A DNA stretch of 62,594 bases, counting the filler, from an uncultured Methanoregulaceae archaeon (GTDB lineage: Archaea > Halobacteriota > Methanomicrobia > Methanomicrobiales > Methanospirillaceae), in the NCBI GenBank assembly GCA_964530035.1. It is 4 parts of 4 records of this genome, joined end to end, with 100 filler letters (N's around TTAATTAATTAA, not from the genome) between each part and the next. Parts side by side here need not be neighbours in the genome. Positions count along the whole stretch, not along the records: positions 1 to 15,789 come from CAZGXZ010000041.1; 3 more parts are not named here. The stretch is one strand, 5' to 3'. The notes beneath the pieces were generated by a model that saw only the letters and a program-made list of their open reading frames with translations, was not told the origin of the DNA and ran no database searches. Below, piece after piece: positions 1 to 8,607 of the stretch (the first letter of the stretch is position 1; the number at the start of each line of letters is the position of its first letter). Made by a program: the position numbers and the translations under genes.

Positions 1-24
1 CAATCGAGAGGTGCTCCGGGAGGT

Positions 25-1173
25 TCAAAAGCCCACCTTCATCATCCTTTCAACCGCCTCTCGGATCCTGTCCACAGAACGGGTGATGGCAAACCTGACA
101 TAGCCCTCTCCATGTGTTCCGAAACCAACCCCGGGGGTCGCAACGACCCCCGCTTCTTCCAGGAGCCTGGCTGAGAAGGCCATGGAGTCGTCAACCTTCA
201 TCCACACGTAGAAGGTCGCCTTTGGCGGTTCGACGTTATAACCCAGGTCCGAAAGGCCGCTGACCAGGACGTCACGCCGCTCCTGGTAGGTCGCACAGGC
301 CTCCCTGATGCAGTCCTGAGGTCCAGAGAGTGCGGCAATGGCGGCATGCTGGACGGCATTGAAGACTCCAGAGTCAACGTTCGTCTTGACGCGGCCGAGG
401 CCGGATATAACCTCTGCATTGCCGACGGCCATGCCTATCCGCCAGCCGGTCATGTTATAGGTTTTGGAGAGCGAGTGCATCTCTATCCCCACTTCGGCAG
501 CCCCCTTTGTCTCGAGGAACGAAGGGGCACGGTATCCGTCAAAGGAGATCTCGGAGTATGCGTTATCACTCACCACGACGACCCCGTTGTCAGAGGCGAA
601 GTCGACGACTTCACGGTAGAAGCGGGCTGGTGCAATCGCCCCGGTCGGATTGTTCGGGTAGTTGATAAAGAGCAGCCTTGACAATTTTGCGACCGCTGAG
701 GGAATGGATGACAGGTCTGGGAGAAACCCGTTTTCAGCCGTCAGGGGGAGATCAAAAACCCTTCCCTCGGCAAACAGGGTGGAGGTCCGGTATACCGGAT
801 AGCCCGGGCTCGGTGCGAGGACATAATCCCCAGGGTTCACAAAAGCCTCTGCGATATGGGCGATACCGTCCTTTGAGCCCATGAGGGCAAGGGTTTCCGT
901 CCGGGGATCGAGTGTGACGCCAAAGCGCCTTTTATACCATTCTGCCACCGCCGACTGGAATGCCGGCATGCCTGCGTACGAGGGATAATGGTGGTTTTCG
1001 GGGTCCTGTGCGGCTTTACAGAGGGCATCGACAATATGGGGGGGGGTTGGAAGGTCAGGGTCTCCGACACCGAGGTCGATGATATCAACCCCCCGCCTGG
1101 CCTGTTCCGCTTTCATCTCGTCGATGCGGGCAAAAAGGTACCGCGGCAGATGGGAGAGACGATCCGAATACAT
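25..1173 (-). CDS. dapL: LL-diaminopimelate aminotransferase (class I/II PLP aminotransferase)
   Basis: IIDLGVGDPD, GSKDGIAH, NYPNNPTG, SLSKTYNMTGWRIG (PLP Lys), GEGYVRF; start taken at MYSDRL. Confidence 0.8.
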   Translation of the reverse strand: MYSDRLSHLPRYLFARIDEMKAEQARRGVDIIDLGVGDPDLPTPPHIVDALCKAAQDPENHHYPSYAGMPAFQSAVAEWYKRRFGVTLDPRTETLALMGSKDGIAHIAEAFVNPGDYVLAPSPGYPVYRTSTLFAEGRVFDLPLTAENGFLPDLSSIPSAVAKLSRLLFINYPNNPTGAIAPARFYREVVDFASDNGVVVVSDNAYSEISFDGYRAPSFLETKGAAEVGIEMHSLSKTYNMTGWRIGMAVGNAEVISGLGRVKTNVDSGVFNAVQHAAIAALSGPQDCIREACATYQERRDVLVSGLSDLGYNVEPPKATFYVWMKVDDSMAFSARLLEEAGVVATPGVGFGTHGEGYVRFAITRSVDRIREAVERMMKVGF

Positions 1174-1311
1174 GATAGTACTTCTTTCCGCGACAGTAAT
1201 GAATGTGTCACCACGCCACAGGCAGAGGAAGTTCAAAATCAGATTCCAGCCGTTTTTTGGTAGTTGCTAAGGGCAGAGGGGTATAAGGCAGCAAAAGATG
1301 TACCGGTTCAC

Positions 1312-1656
1312 ATGGCAGACGTGATGGTCGTCCTGACGACGGTGCCCGGAACGCATTCGGACACTCTTGTCCGAAGCATCCTTGGTAAAAGACTTGCAGC
1401 CTGTGTAAACGAATTTCCTGTCAGATCTCATTACTGGTGGCATGATGCCATCGTGGAAGATGACGAACGGATGCTGGTGATGAAAACGACCCGTGAGCAT
1501 GTGCAGGCACTCATCGACGGTATCAGGGCGGTCCACCCGTATGAGATCCCTGAAATAATCGCACTCCCGGTACTGGCAGGTTTTACGGGATATCTCTCAT
1601 GGGTCGCCGCTGAAACAGGTGAGCGACGCCATGTGCCGGATGGGAATTGCTTTTGA
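1312..1656 (+). CDS. cutA: Divalent-cation tolerance protein CutA
   Basis: LAACVN, SHYWW, MKTT, HPYEIPEI motifs. Confidence 0.9.
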   Translation: MADVMVVLTTVPGTHSDTLVRSILGKRLAACVNEFPVRSHYWWHDAIVEDDERMLVMKTTREHVQALIDGIRAVHPYEIPEIIALPVLAGFTGYLSWVAAETGERRHVPDGNCF

Positions 1657-1690
1657 CCATGCACCGCCAATGCACACCGTAACCGTTCAG

Positions 1691-2191
1691 GTGGTGAGAC
1701 CAATCGGGGATGTTGTACAAAAACCAGCAGCGGAAAGGACCGCCGTCCTGCTTCTCGGCTGCCCCCAGGTACCGGTGCAGACCAGCATCGCCCTGTATCT
1801 CCTGTCACTGCTCAGGAAAAAAAACATAAAAGGTACCATTGCGGGTAATCCTGCAGCACGGCGTCTTGTGGAGGTCTCCGACCCGGATCGTCACTATGTC
1901 GGTGAGGTTATTGACATCGACCGCTGTGTCGCTGACCTCGCTGAAAAAAGGAGGGATTTCAACCTTTGTTTTGCATTTATCCACAATGATGCCGGGGTTT
2001 CCTATGCGGCGACCATCGGTTCCCTGTCGGGAGGCTCCCTGGTCGCCCTCATCTACGGGGAACACCCGGAAGAGGTCGCGGAAACCCTCACGGTCCCGTG
2101 TGAAAAAATCGTCGTGAAAGCAACGCATAACCCGATGCCGCTGAAGAACAAGCTTGACGAGGTGCTCCCATGGGTTGTCTCGAATCTTTAA
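1691..2191 (+). CDS. DUF1890 family protein (start uncertain)
   Basis: LLGCPQVPVQ, GNPAA..L..SDP..HY, FIHNDAG, HNPMPL; precedes a DUF1894 gene. Confidence 0.7.
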   Translation: MVRPIGDVVQKPAAERTAVLLLGCPQVPVQTSIALYLLSLLRKKNIKGTIAGNPAARRLVEVSDPDRHYVGEVIDIDRCVADLAEKRRDFNLCFAFIHNDAGVSYAATIGSLSGGSLVALIYGEHPEEVAETLTVPCEKIVVKATHNPMPLKNKLDEVLPWVVSNL

Positions 2192-2445
2192 AATATGAGA
2201 TCCTGTTGAAAAATGCTTCTTCCAAGGAATCCAATGATTTTATCCGGGGACATTATCATGAGGTCCACGAGGTCGGGGCGGGATATAAAATCCTTGATAA
2301 GCACCTCATTGGTATCCCGCCGATTGCCGTGGGAGTGGAGGGCGATTATGTCATATTCCCCTTTACAAAGCCGTGTTACGGGACCTTTCTCGTGCGGGTG
2401 GCCGCCCCTGAAGAGGTCGAGCGGTTGAGAAAAAGGTCAAAATAA
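2170..2445 (+). CDS. DUF1894 family protein
   Basis: MGCLE..KYEILL, IGIPPIAVG, FPFTKPCYGTF; overlaps the DUF1890 3' end. Confidence 0.7.
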   Translation: MGCLESLKYEILLKNASSKESNDFIRGHYHEVHEVGAGYKILDKHLIGIPPIAVGVEGDYVIFPFTKPCYGTFLVRVAAPEEVERLRKRSK

Positions 2446-2578
2446 CCGTTTTTGCATACCCGGGACACGGGGCTTCCCTGTATGGCTATACCTCAGCCAA
2501 GCGTTGTCCCTCCCTCTGTCACCCCAGTAACCTATTTCATTGTCCTGTCTGCACCTTCTGCCATGGAGGCAACGACCC

Positions 2579-4228
2579 ATGGATGACCTTTCAGTCCTTG
2601 TCGGGGGCAGGGCAGGGGATGGGATAAACATTGCCGGCATGATGATCGCGTGGCTTATGAACGCCTCGGGATATCGGCCGTACATGTACTATGACTACCC
2701 TTCTCTCATCAAAGGCGGACATAACTTTGCGATAGTCAGGGGTACTCGCGGACAACCCCGGGCCATTCGCACGATGGTCGATATCCTGCTGGCCCTGAAC
2801 CAGGAAACGATAGAAAAGCACCGTGACAGGATCCATGGGGGGACTTCTGTCCTGTTTCATGCTGACCGCGCGAAAGGCCCGGGTGAAGGTGTGCCGGTAG
2901 GTGACATCCTGAAGCGGCATGATGCTCCGGCGGTGATGGAAAACTCCTGCTTGATTGGTGCATTTGCAAAATCAGCAGGGATGTCACAGACTCTGGTCAG
3001 ATCTGTCTTTGAACGCCACATCCCGAAGTACATCGAAAAGAACGTGGAGGTAGCCCTTGACGGGTATGATGCTGTGAGGACAGCACACAACCTTGCAGCC
3101 TCAGTATCAAGGCCTCTCCCCATTGTGACGGGAAATGAAGCCGCAGGCCTTGGTTTGCTGTCAGGGGGTCTTGATGCATATGTCGCCTACCCGATGACTC
3201 CTTCATCGAGCCTCCTTCACTTTCTGGCAGAACACGGGCCTCCTTCCGGAGTCACGGTAGTCCACCCGGAAAATGAGATCGCAGTCATGCTGATGGCCGC
3301 AGGGTTTGCCTACGCCGGCAGGAAGGTTGCGGTTGGTACATCAGGGGGCGGGTTCTGTCTTATGACGGAGGGGCTTTCCCTTGCTGGTATGGCCGAACTC
3401 CCTGTGGTTATTGTGATGTCCCAGAGAACCGGGCCGAGTACTGGGCTCCCCACCTATTCGGCACAGTCAGACCTCCATTTTGTCCTCCATGCCGGTCATG
3501 GGGAATTCCCAAGGTTCATTTGCGCTCCCGGAGATGCCACCGAGACCATGTCATGGTCAAAGACCGCCCTTCAGATCGCATGGGATTACCAGGTCCCGTC
3601 CTTTGTCCTCATGGATAAGCACCTTTCTGAAGGCTTCTTTTCCATCGATGTGAAACAGGCTGACACGGTGGCGGTGGATGGGCCGGAAACACGGGAGGCC
3701 AGTCCCGGCAGGAGGTACATCGATACCCCTTCAGGTGTATCGCCAGCCGCATTTCCGCCAGCTTTGGGTCATGTGATCAAGGTGAACAGTTACGCCCACG
3801 ATGAATCCGGGATAACAACCGAGGACCCTGCCGTCATCGGGCTGATGACAGATAAGAGGCTCCGCAAGGAAGCTTCCCTCGAGGCTGAGGTCGGGCGTCT
3901 TCCGGCAGTGGTCACCGGCGGAGACCCGGAGGGAACAACCGTGGTCCTCTGTTTTGGTTCAACGGCAGGAGTCTGCGAAGAAGCAGCTGACGCGCTTCAG
4001 TACCGTACCGTCCGGCCAGTTGTCCTGGAGCCATTTCCGTTCAATGCTTTTCGCGATGCCCTTTCAGGTGTGGAGCTGACCGTCTGCGTCGAGGAAAATG
4101 TCAAAGGTCAGCTCTCGCTTCTCCTGAAACGGCATGGCATAATGACAGCCCATAGTGTCCGCAGGTCAGACGGACGACCGTTTGAGGTCGAATACCTTAT
4201 AAAAAGGCTTAAAGAGGTTGCACTATGA
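2579..4228 (+). CDS. korA: 2-oxoacid:ferredoxin oxidoreductase alpha subunit (fused gamma-alpha)
   Basis: GGRAGDG, YPSLIKGGHN, AYPMTPSS, ENEIA, TSGGGF.LMTEG, QRTGPSTGLPT; substrate not determinable. Confidence 0.85.
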   Translation: MDDLSVLVGGRAGDGINIAGMMIAWLMNASGYRPYMYYDYPSLIKGGHNFAIVRGTRGQPRAIRTMVDILLALNQETIEKHRDRIHGGTSVLFHADRAKGPGEGVPVGDILKRHDAPAVMENSCLIGAFAKSAGMSQTLVRSVFERHIPKYIEKNVEVALDGYDAVRTAHNLAASVSRPLPIVTGNEAAGLGLLSGGLDAYVAYPMTPSSSLLHFLAEHGPPSGVTVVHPENEIAVMLMAAGFAYAGRKVAVGTSGGGFCLMTEGLSLAGMAELPVVIVMSQRTGPSTGLPTYSAQSDLHFVLHAGHGEFPRFICAPGDATETMSWSKTALQIAWDYQVPSFVLMDKHLSEGFFSIDVKQADTVAVDGPETREASPGRRYIDTPSGVSPAAFPPALGHVIKVNSYAHDESGITTEDPAVIGLMTDKRLRKEASLEAEVGRLPAVVTGGDPEGTTVVLCFGSTAGVCEEAADALQYRTVRPVVLEPFPFNAFRDALSGVELTVCVEENVKGQLSLLLKRHGIMTAHSVRRSDGRPFEVEYLIKRLKEVAL

Positions 4229-5073
4229 TCCCACGGGACTTCATATCAGGAGTGCAGAACACCTGGTGCCCCGGGTGTGGCAATTTTGCTATCCAGCACA
4301 CCATGAAAAATGTGTTCATGGAGCGTGCCGCTGAGGGTGTTGACCCGGAATCACTTGTGATGGTCACTGGTATAGGGTGCCATGCAAAAATCGCGGACTA
4401 TTTTAACATCAATAGTTTTTACACCCTCCACGGCAGGACGCTACCGGTCGCAACCGGGATCAAGCTGGCAAACCGGGACCTCACTGTGATCTGCCATGCA
4501 GGGGATGGTGACGCGCTCGCCGAAGGACTTGACCACCTCATTTTTGCAGCCAAACGGAATATTGACCTGACGCTCATCCTTCATGACAACAGGGTGTACG
4601 GCCTGACAACCGGACAGTATACCCCTACCTCCCCAACCGGGTTCAGGGGGCGTTCAACTCCCCGGGGGACCACGGAACCCCCGGTAAACCCGTTAAGACT
4701 CATGCTGGCAGGTGGTGCGACGTTCGTTGCCCGCGGGTACACCCGGCGTATGCCCCAGTTAAAGAGCCTTGTGAAAGCGGCTCTGGCTCACAGGGGATTC
4801 GCATTCATCGATGTCCTTCAGATCTGTGCAAGCTATGCCAACCTTACTGACTATTACGAGAAGAGAGTGTACGAACTAAAAGGGCATGACACGGGAAATT
4901 ATGATGAGGCCACCAGCACCGCAGGAGAATGGGACTACTCCTCTGACTCACCGATAGCACTTGGGCTGATATACCAGAAGGAAGCCCCGGTCTATGAAGC
5001 AGGGTCAGAAAAGGACGGTAAGGTGGACACACGGGAGGTTACAATACGGCATATCCTCGAATCCAGGACCTGA
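4225..5073 (+). CDS. korB: 2-oxoacid:ferredoxin oxidoreductase beta subunit (TPP-binding)
   Basis: WCPGCG, GIGCH, LHGR, GDGD...DN.VYGLT.GQ; ATGA overlap with the alpha gene. Confidence 0.85.
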   Translation: MIPRDFISGVQNTWCPGCGNFAIQHTMKNVFMERAAEGVDPESLVMVTGIGCHAKIADYFNINSFYTLHGRTLPVATGIKLANRDLTVICHAGDGDALAEGLDHLIFAAKRNIDLTLILHDNRVYGLTTGQYTPTSPTGFRGRSTPRGTTEPPVNPLRLMLAGGATFVARGYTRRMPQLKSLVKAALAHRGFAFIDVLQICASYANLTDYYEKRVYELKGHDTGNYDEATSTAGEWDYSSDSPIALGLIYQKEAPVYEAGSEKDGKVDTREVTIRHILESRT

Positions 5074-5077
5074 CTCC

Positions 5078-6037
5078 TCATTCCTTTCTGATCTCTTTCC
5101 TGAAGCGTCGCACCCCGAACATAATTCCAAGGAACACTATTCCGGCGATTCCTGCAAACATGACTACGAGGTTGATGACAAACATCATGGGGGGAAGTCC
5201 GGTGCTACTGCTTGTCCGTGGAATGAACAGGATAGGCTCGTCTATCCGGTGGATAACCTCCCCGGGGTCAGGGACGATGGCGAGGTTTGACTGGAACGTA
5301 GCGTTCCGGTCTACTGCAAATCGTGGATCGATAGAAACCGCTTTTTCATAGGAAGTCAGCGCTTCCTGGTAGCGCCCCAGATGGTACAGTGCTGCTCCTC
5401 GGTTGTTCCATGATTCGGCGTCGTTTGGTGCGTATTGAACTGCCTGTTCAAATGACCACAATGCCTGGGAGTAGTTCCCAAGGGCCATGTATGCCTTTCC
5501 AAGGTGGCTCCATGTAAGGTTGTTGTCAGATTCATGGACAAGTGCCTTTTCATAGGCAGGTACAGCCTCATCGCTGTTTCCGAGGTTCATCAGGGCATCA
5601 CCCTTCGAGATATACCCACGGCTCTGGTTGGGGTTCAGGTCCGTTGCGTTACCAAAAGAGGAAACAGCCTCTGCATAACGTTCCTGCCGGTAGAGGACAT
5701 CACCCCGCCCCAGCCAGGAACCTGCATCCCTCGGGTCCAGGGCGAGGGCCCGGTCAAAAGCAACCAGCGCCTCGTCATATCTGCCAAGGAGATAGAGTGT
5801 CTGACCAAGGCCTGCCCAGCCAGGCGCGTACGATGGGTCCAATGATACCGATTTGTTGAAGGCTGTTTCGGCCTCATGGTAATCCCCGATCCTGATGAGT
5901 ACCTGCCCCTTGTCTGCAAAAAGACCGGCTTCATCCGACCTGGTACCAGTGGCAGCTGCTGAAGGCTGGAAATAGATGAACATAGCCAGAAAGGCGATGA
6001 TGAGGACCGTGTGGAGAATTGCCCTGCAAGGTGCCAT
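5078..6037 (-). CDS. TPR-repeat protein with N-terminal signal peptide and C-terminal TM helix
   Basis: About 6 TPR units (W..LG..LY.LGRY.EAL..F..AL.LDP); hydrophobic N- and C-terminal segments. Confidence 0.85.
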   Translation of the reverse strand: MAPCRAILHTVLIIAFLAMFIYFQPSAAATGTRSDEAGLFADKGQVLIRIGDYHEAETAFNKSVSLDPSYAPGWAGLGQTLYLLGRYDEALVAFDRALALDPRDAGSWLGRGDVLYRQERYAEAVSSFGNATDLNPNQSRGYISKGDALMNLGNSDEAVPAYEKALVHESDNNLTWSHLGKAYMALGNYSQALWSFEQAVQYAPNDAESWNNRGAALYHLGRYQEALTSYEKAVSIDPRFAVDRNATFQSNLAIVPDPGEVIHRIDEPILFIPRTSSSTGLPPMMFVINLVVMFAGIAGIVFLGIMFGVRRFRKEIRKE

Positions 6038-6446
6038 GTCAGTGTTTCCCCTAAGCGGGGGTATCAGGGATGTTTTTCCGGTCCGGGCACCCCTCCATGC
6101 TGGCATTCACATCCTCCGGAGGGCCTGGTGGGTATTCATGGCCATTTTTATGGTGAGATATTGTTTTCTCCCTGAAAAAACTCTCCTGCAGGAAAGCCTG
6201 CCAGGAGACTCCACCTCATTATGCCAGTTCAGTCCTGCTGCACGAGTGACACCCTGAAGTACAGCTCATGGTGTATTCTGCATATCTTACCCCATGAGGC
6301 CGCTCAATGAGCTATTCTTCGCGCGGACGGTGCATGCAACCTTGAGAAAGGCCTGCATACAAAAGAGATAATGAGGAACGAATCCCAACATAGGGGATAC
6401 CCAACCTGGAGGAAAACCCCTGACTGCCCTTGTTGCAGACCCGCAG

Positions 6447-7016
6447 ATGGCATGGTTCGTCCTTCCTGTCCTTATTTTTTGTGCGCGGGTCTGCGATGTA
6501 AGTATCGGTACCCTCCGCCTCATCTTCATTGGAAGAGGTCTCAAGTACATCGCTCCCGTCCTTGGATTTTTCGAGGTTATCATCTGGCTGCTCGCAATCG
6601 GCCAGGTCATGAGTAATATCACCAATGTGGTATCCTACATCGCATACGGAGCGGGATATGCGACCGGAACCCTTGTTGGTATGATGATAGAAGAGCGGCT
6701 TTCACTCGGGATGGTGATCGTGCGGGTGATTACCAACCAGGAATCCAGGCAACTCGTCCAGAGGATAAGGGACGAAGGGTACGGGGTAACCAGCATCGAT
6801 GGTGAAGGATCCACAGGTCCGGTGACCATCATCTTCATGACGATAAAACGAAGTGCCCTGCCCCGGGTCGCCGACATCATTAATAATTATCAGCCCGGGG
6901 CGTTCTATACCGTGGAGGACGTAAAATCGGTTACCGAGGGAATATTCCCAGATCATGACAGAAATGGTGTATTCTCAAAATATGCCAGGATGCTGCTGCG
7001 TTTTGGCAAGGTATAG
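6447..7016 (+). CDS. UPF0316/DUF2179 membrane protein (possible CTG start at 6420)
   Basis: IF.ARV.DVSIGTLR, GFFEV.IW, AYGAGYATG, GYGVT..DGEG, PII-like C-terminal domain. Confidence 0.8.
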   Translation: MAWFVLPVLIFCARVCDVSIGTLRLIFIGRGLKYIAPVLGFFEVIIWLLAIGQVMSNITNVVSYIAYGAGYATGTLVGMMIEERLSLGMVIVRVITNQESRQLVQRIRDEGYGVTSIDGEGSTGPVTIIFMTIKRSALPRVADIINNYQPGAFYTVEDVKSVTEGIFPDHDRNGVFSKYARMLLRFGKV

Positions 7017-7025
7017 GTCGTCTGG

Positions 7026-7589
7026 ATGGACCTCGTTATCCCTGTTCTGACAGGCATCGGCCTTTCAATGGACTGTCTTGCAGTATCGCTTGCCATAGGT
7101 GCATCCGGTGCAGGGGACAGGTTGAAGACCGCGATTACCATCGGTCTTTTCTTTGGCTTTTTCCAGATGGTGATGCCCCTTGCGGGTTATTTCGGAGGAA
7201 AGGCGTTCATGGGCTTCATTTCCTCTTTTGATCATTTTATCGCCTTCTTTATCCTGGCATTTATCGGAGGGAAGATGATATATGAGGCGGTGCGTCCCGA
7301 TGGACACGATGACCGTCCGCTTTCCCTTACGTTGCCCGCGGTCCTCATCCTCTCCCTTGCGACCAGTATCGATGCACTCGGCGTGGGGCTTTCCTTCGCA
7401 TTTGCAGGAATTGACATCATTGTGTCAAGCGTGGTCATCGGGCTCGTGGCATTTTTACTATCGGTATGCGGAGTGATGCTGGGAAACAGGCTTGAAGATT
7501 CCCTCGGAAAGCGTGTCGAGATTATCGGAGGCATTATCCTGATCGCTATCGGCATAAGGATCCTCATGGAACACACCGGCTGCACCTGA
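7026..7589 (+). CDS. mntP: Manganese efflux pump MntP
   Basis: GLSMDCLAVS, FGFFQ..MP..G, LATSIDALGVG, EIIGGIILI.IG. Confidence 0.9.
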   Translation: MDLVIPVLTGIGLSMDCLAVSLAIGASGAGDRLKTAITIGLFFGFFQMVMPLAGYFGGKAFMGFISSFDHFIAFFILAFIGGKMIYEAVRPDGHDDRPLSLTLPAVLILSLATSIDALGVGLSFAFAGIDIIVSSVVIGLVAFLLSVCGVMLGNRLEDSLGKRVEIIGGIILIAIGIRILMEHTGCT

Positions 7590-7643
7590 ATTCCTTTCCA
7601 CCCGGCGACAGCCAGATAAACTGCGGAGAAGAACACATGATCC

Positions 7644-7979
7644 ATGCCTGTCCCATACGTTCATACCCTCGCAGCCGGGGTGGTAGTACTCACCATGATC
7701 ATAATACCCGTTTCTGCGGCATCATGCGGGTGTTCCGGTTCCCAGGTAGACCGGGGGCTTACTATTTGGGACAAGGGGGTCCAATGGTCCCAGGTCACAC
7801 CCGACACGTCAACACTGGCCGGCACCATGGCCACTGCCAGCCAGGGCCTGTCCCAATACAAGGCCATGAGTGGGGGAACCATGGGCAACACCCTTATGTT
7901 CAAGGTATCATCGGTGTCCTTCAAACCTGCAGGTTCCAGGTCTATGATTTTTTTACCGTTTAAAAAAGCGGTTAAATAA
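7644..7979 (+). CDS. Small secreted hypothetical protein, SCGC-motif paralog 1
   Basis: Signal peptide ending PVSA, then ASCGCS..TIWD; homologous to 8135..8449. Confidence 0.65.
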   Translation: MPVPYVHTLAAGVVVLTMIIIPVSAASCGCSGSQVDRGLTIWDKGVQWSQVTPDTSTLAGTMATASQGLSQYKAMSGGTMGNTLMFKVSSVSFKPAGSRSMIFLPFKKAVK

Positions 7980-8134
7980 TTTCTTTTCTTCAGTTTACCT
8001 TTTGAGCCCATGACAAGGTACCGAATAATCTGTAGAGACTTCCCTGGGGTTCCTGCAGGTAACCTACGGATAAGCCCGGGTGGCCTGATCCCACAGGCAA
8101 TAACCTGATAAGGTCTCGAATGTAAAGGAGATCC

Positions 8135-8449
8135 ATGAAACCCGCCTCTACCGCACTCCTTCTCGCAGGGGCACTGTTGCTTTTTACGGTCGCAGTTCCC
8201 GTTTCAGCGGCATCGTGTGGGTGTTCTCCAACGATTCGCCTCCCCACGATCTGGGATGATAATGATAAACAGTGGGCACAGACACTGACTGCTATGACGC
8301 CTCTGCCCACTCTCACAAATGGTAGTGTAAATGCAACGGTACCTGCCGGCAGCAGGTTATCGGGCCCGCTTGTTTCCAAGGTCTCGGGAACCCTGTTGAA
8401 ACGTACGAATACGAAATCAGCCGGGCTTATCCCTTTTAAAACCCGGTAA
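8135..8449 (+). CDS. Small secreted hypothetical protein, SCGC-motif paralog 2
   Basis: AAGGAG SD, signal peptide ending PVSA, ASCGCS..TIWD; homologous to 7644..7979. Confidence 0.7.
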   Translation: MKPASTALLLAGALLLFTVAVPVSAASCGCSPTIRLPTIWDDNDKQWAQTLTAMTPLPTLTNGSVNATVPAGSRLSGPLVSKVSGTLLKRTNTKSAGLIPFKTR

Positions 8450-8607
8450 AAAGCCGCTATAAATAATTTTGCCGTCCTTTGTGACAGGAAAGGCCACAAA
8501 GGCAGGGCAGATTATGTCTCCATTAAACCCACCTGATCTGCAGGTGCCTGCCCTGACCGTAAAAGGGATACATTCAAGCCGGCAATTCACTGCTGTGGAA
8601 GGGCATT

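Noticed and set aside
1038..1046. G9 homopolymer inside dapL as a phase-variation tract
   Set aside because: The frame is intact (Thr-Pro-Pro codons) in a housekeeping biosynthetic gene
5300..5900. Periodic sequence similarity suggesting a repeat array or CRISPR
   Set aside because: Explained by TPR coding repeats; no identical direct repeats with spacers and no cas genes in the window
8501..8560. Fluoride riboswitch
   Set aside because: Only a loose GG.AGA...TCTCC-ATTAAAC resemblance; it lacks the GAUG 5' motif and the UGAUGAC..CUAC 3' motif
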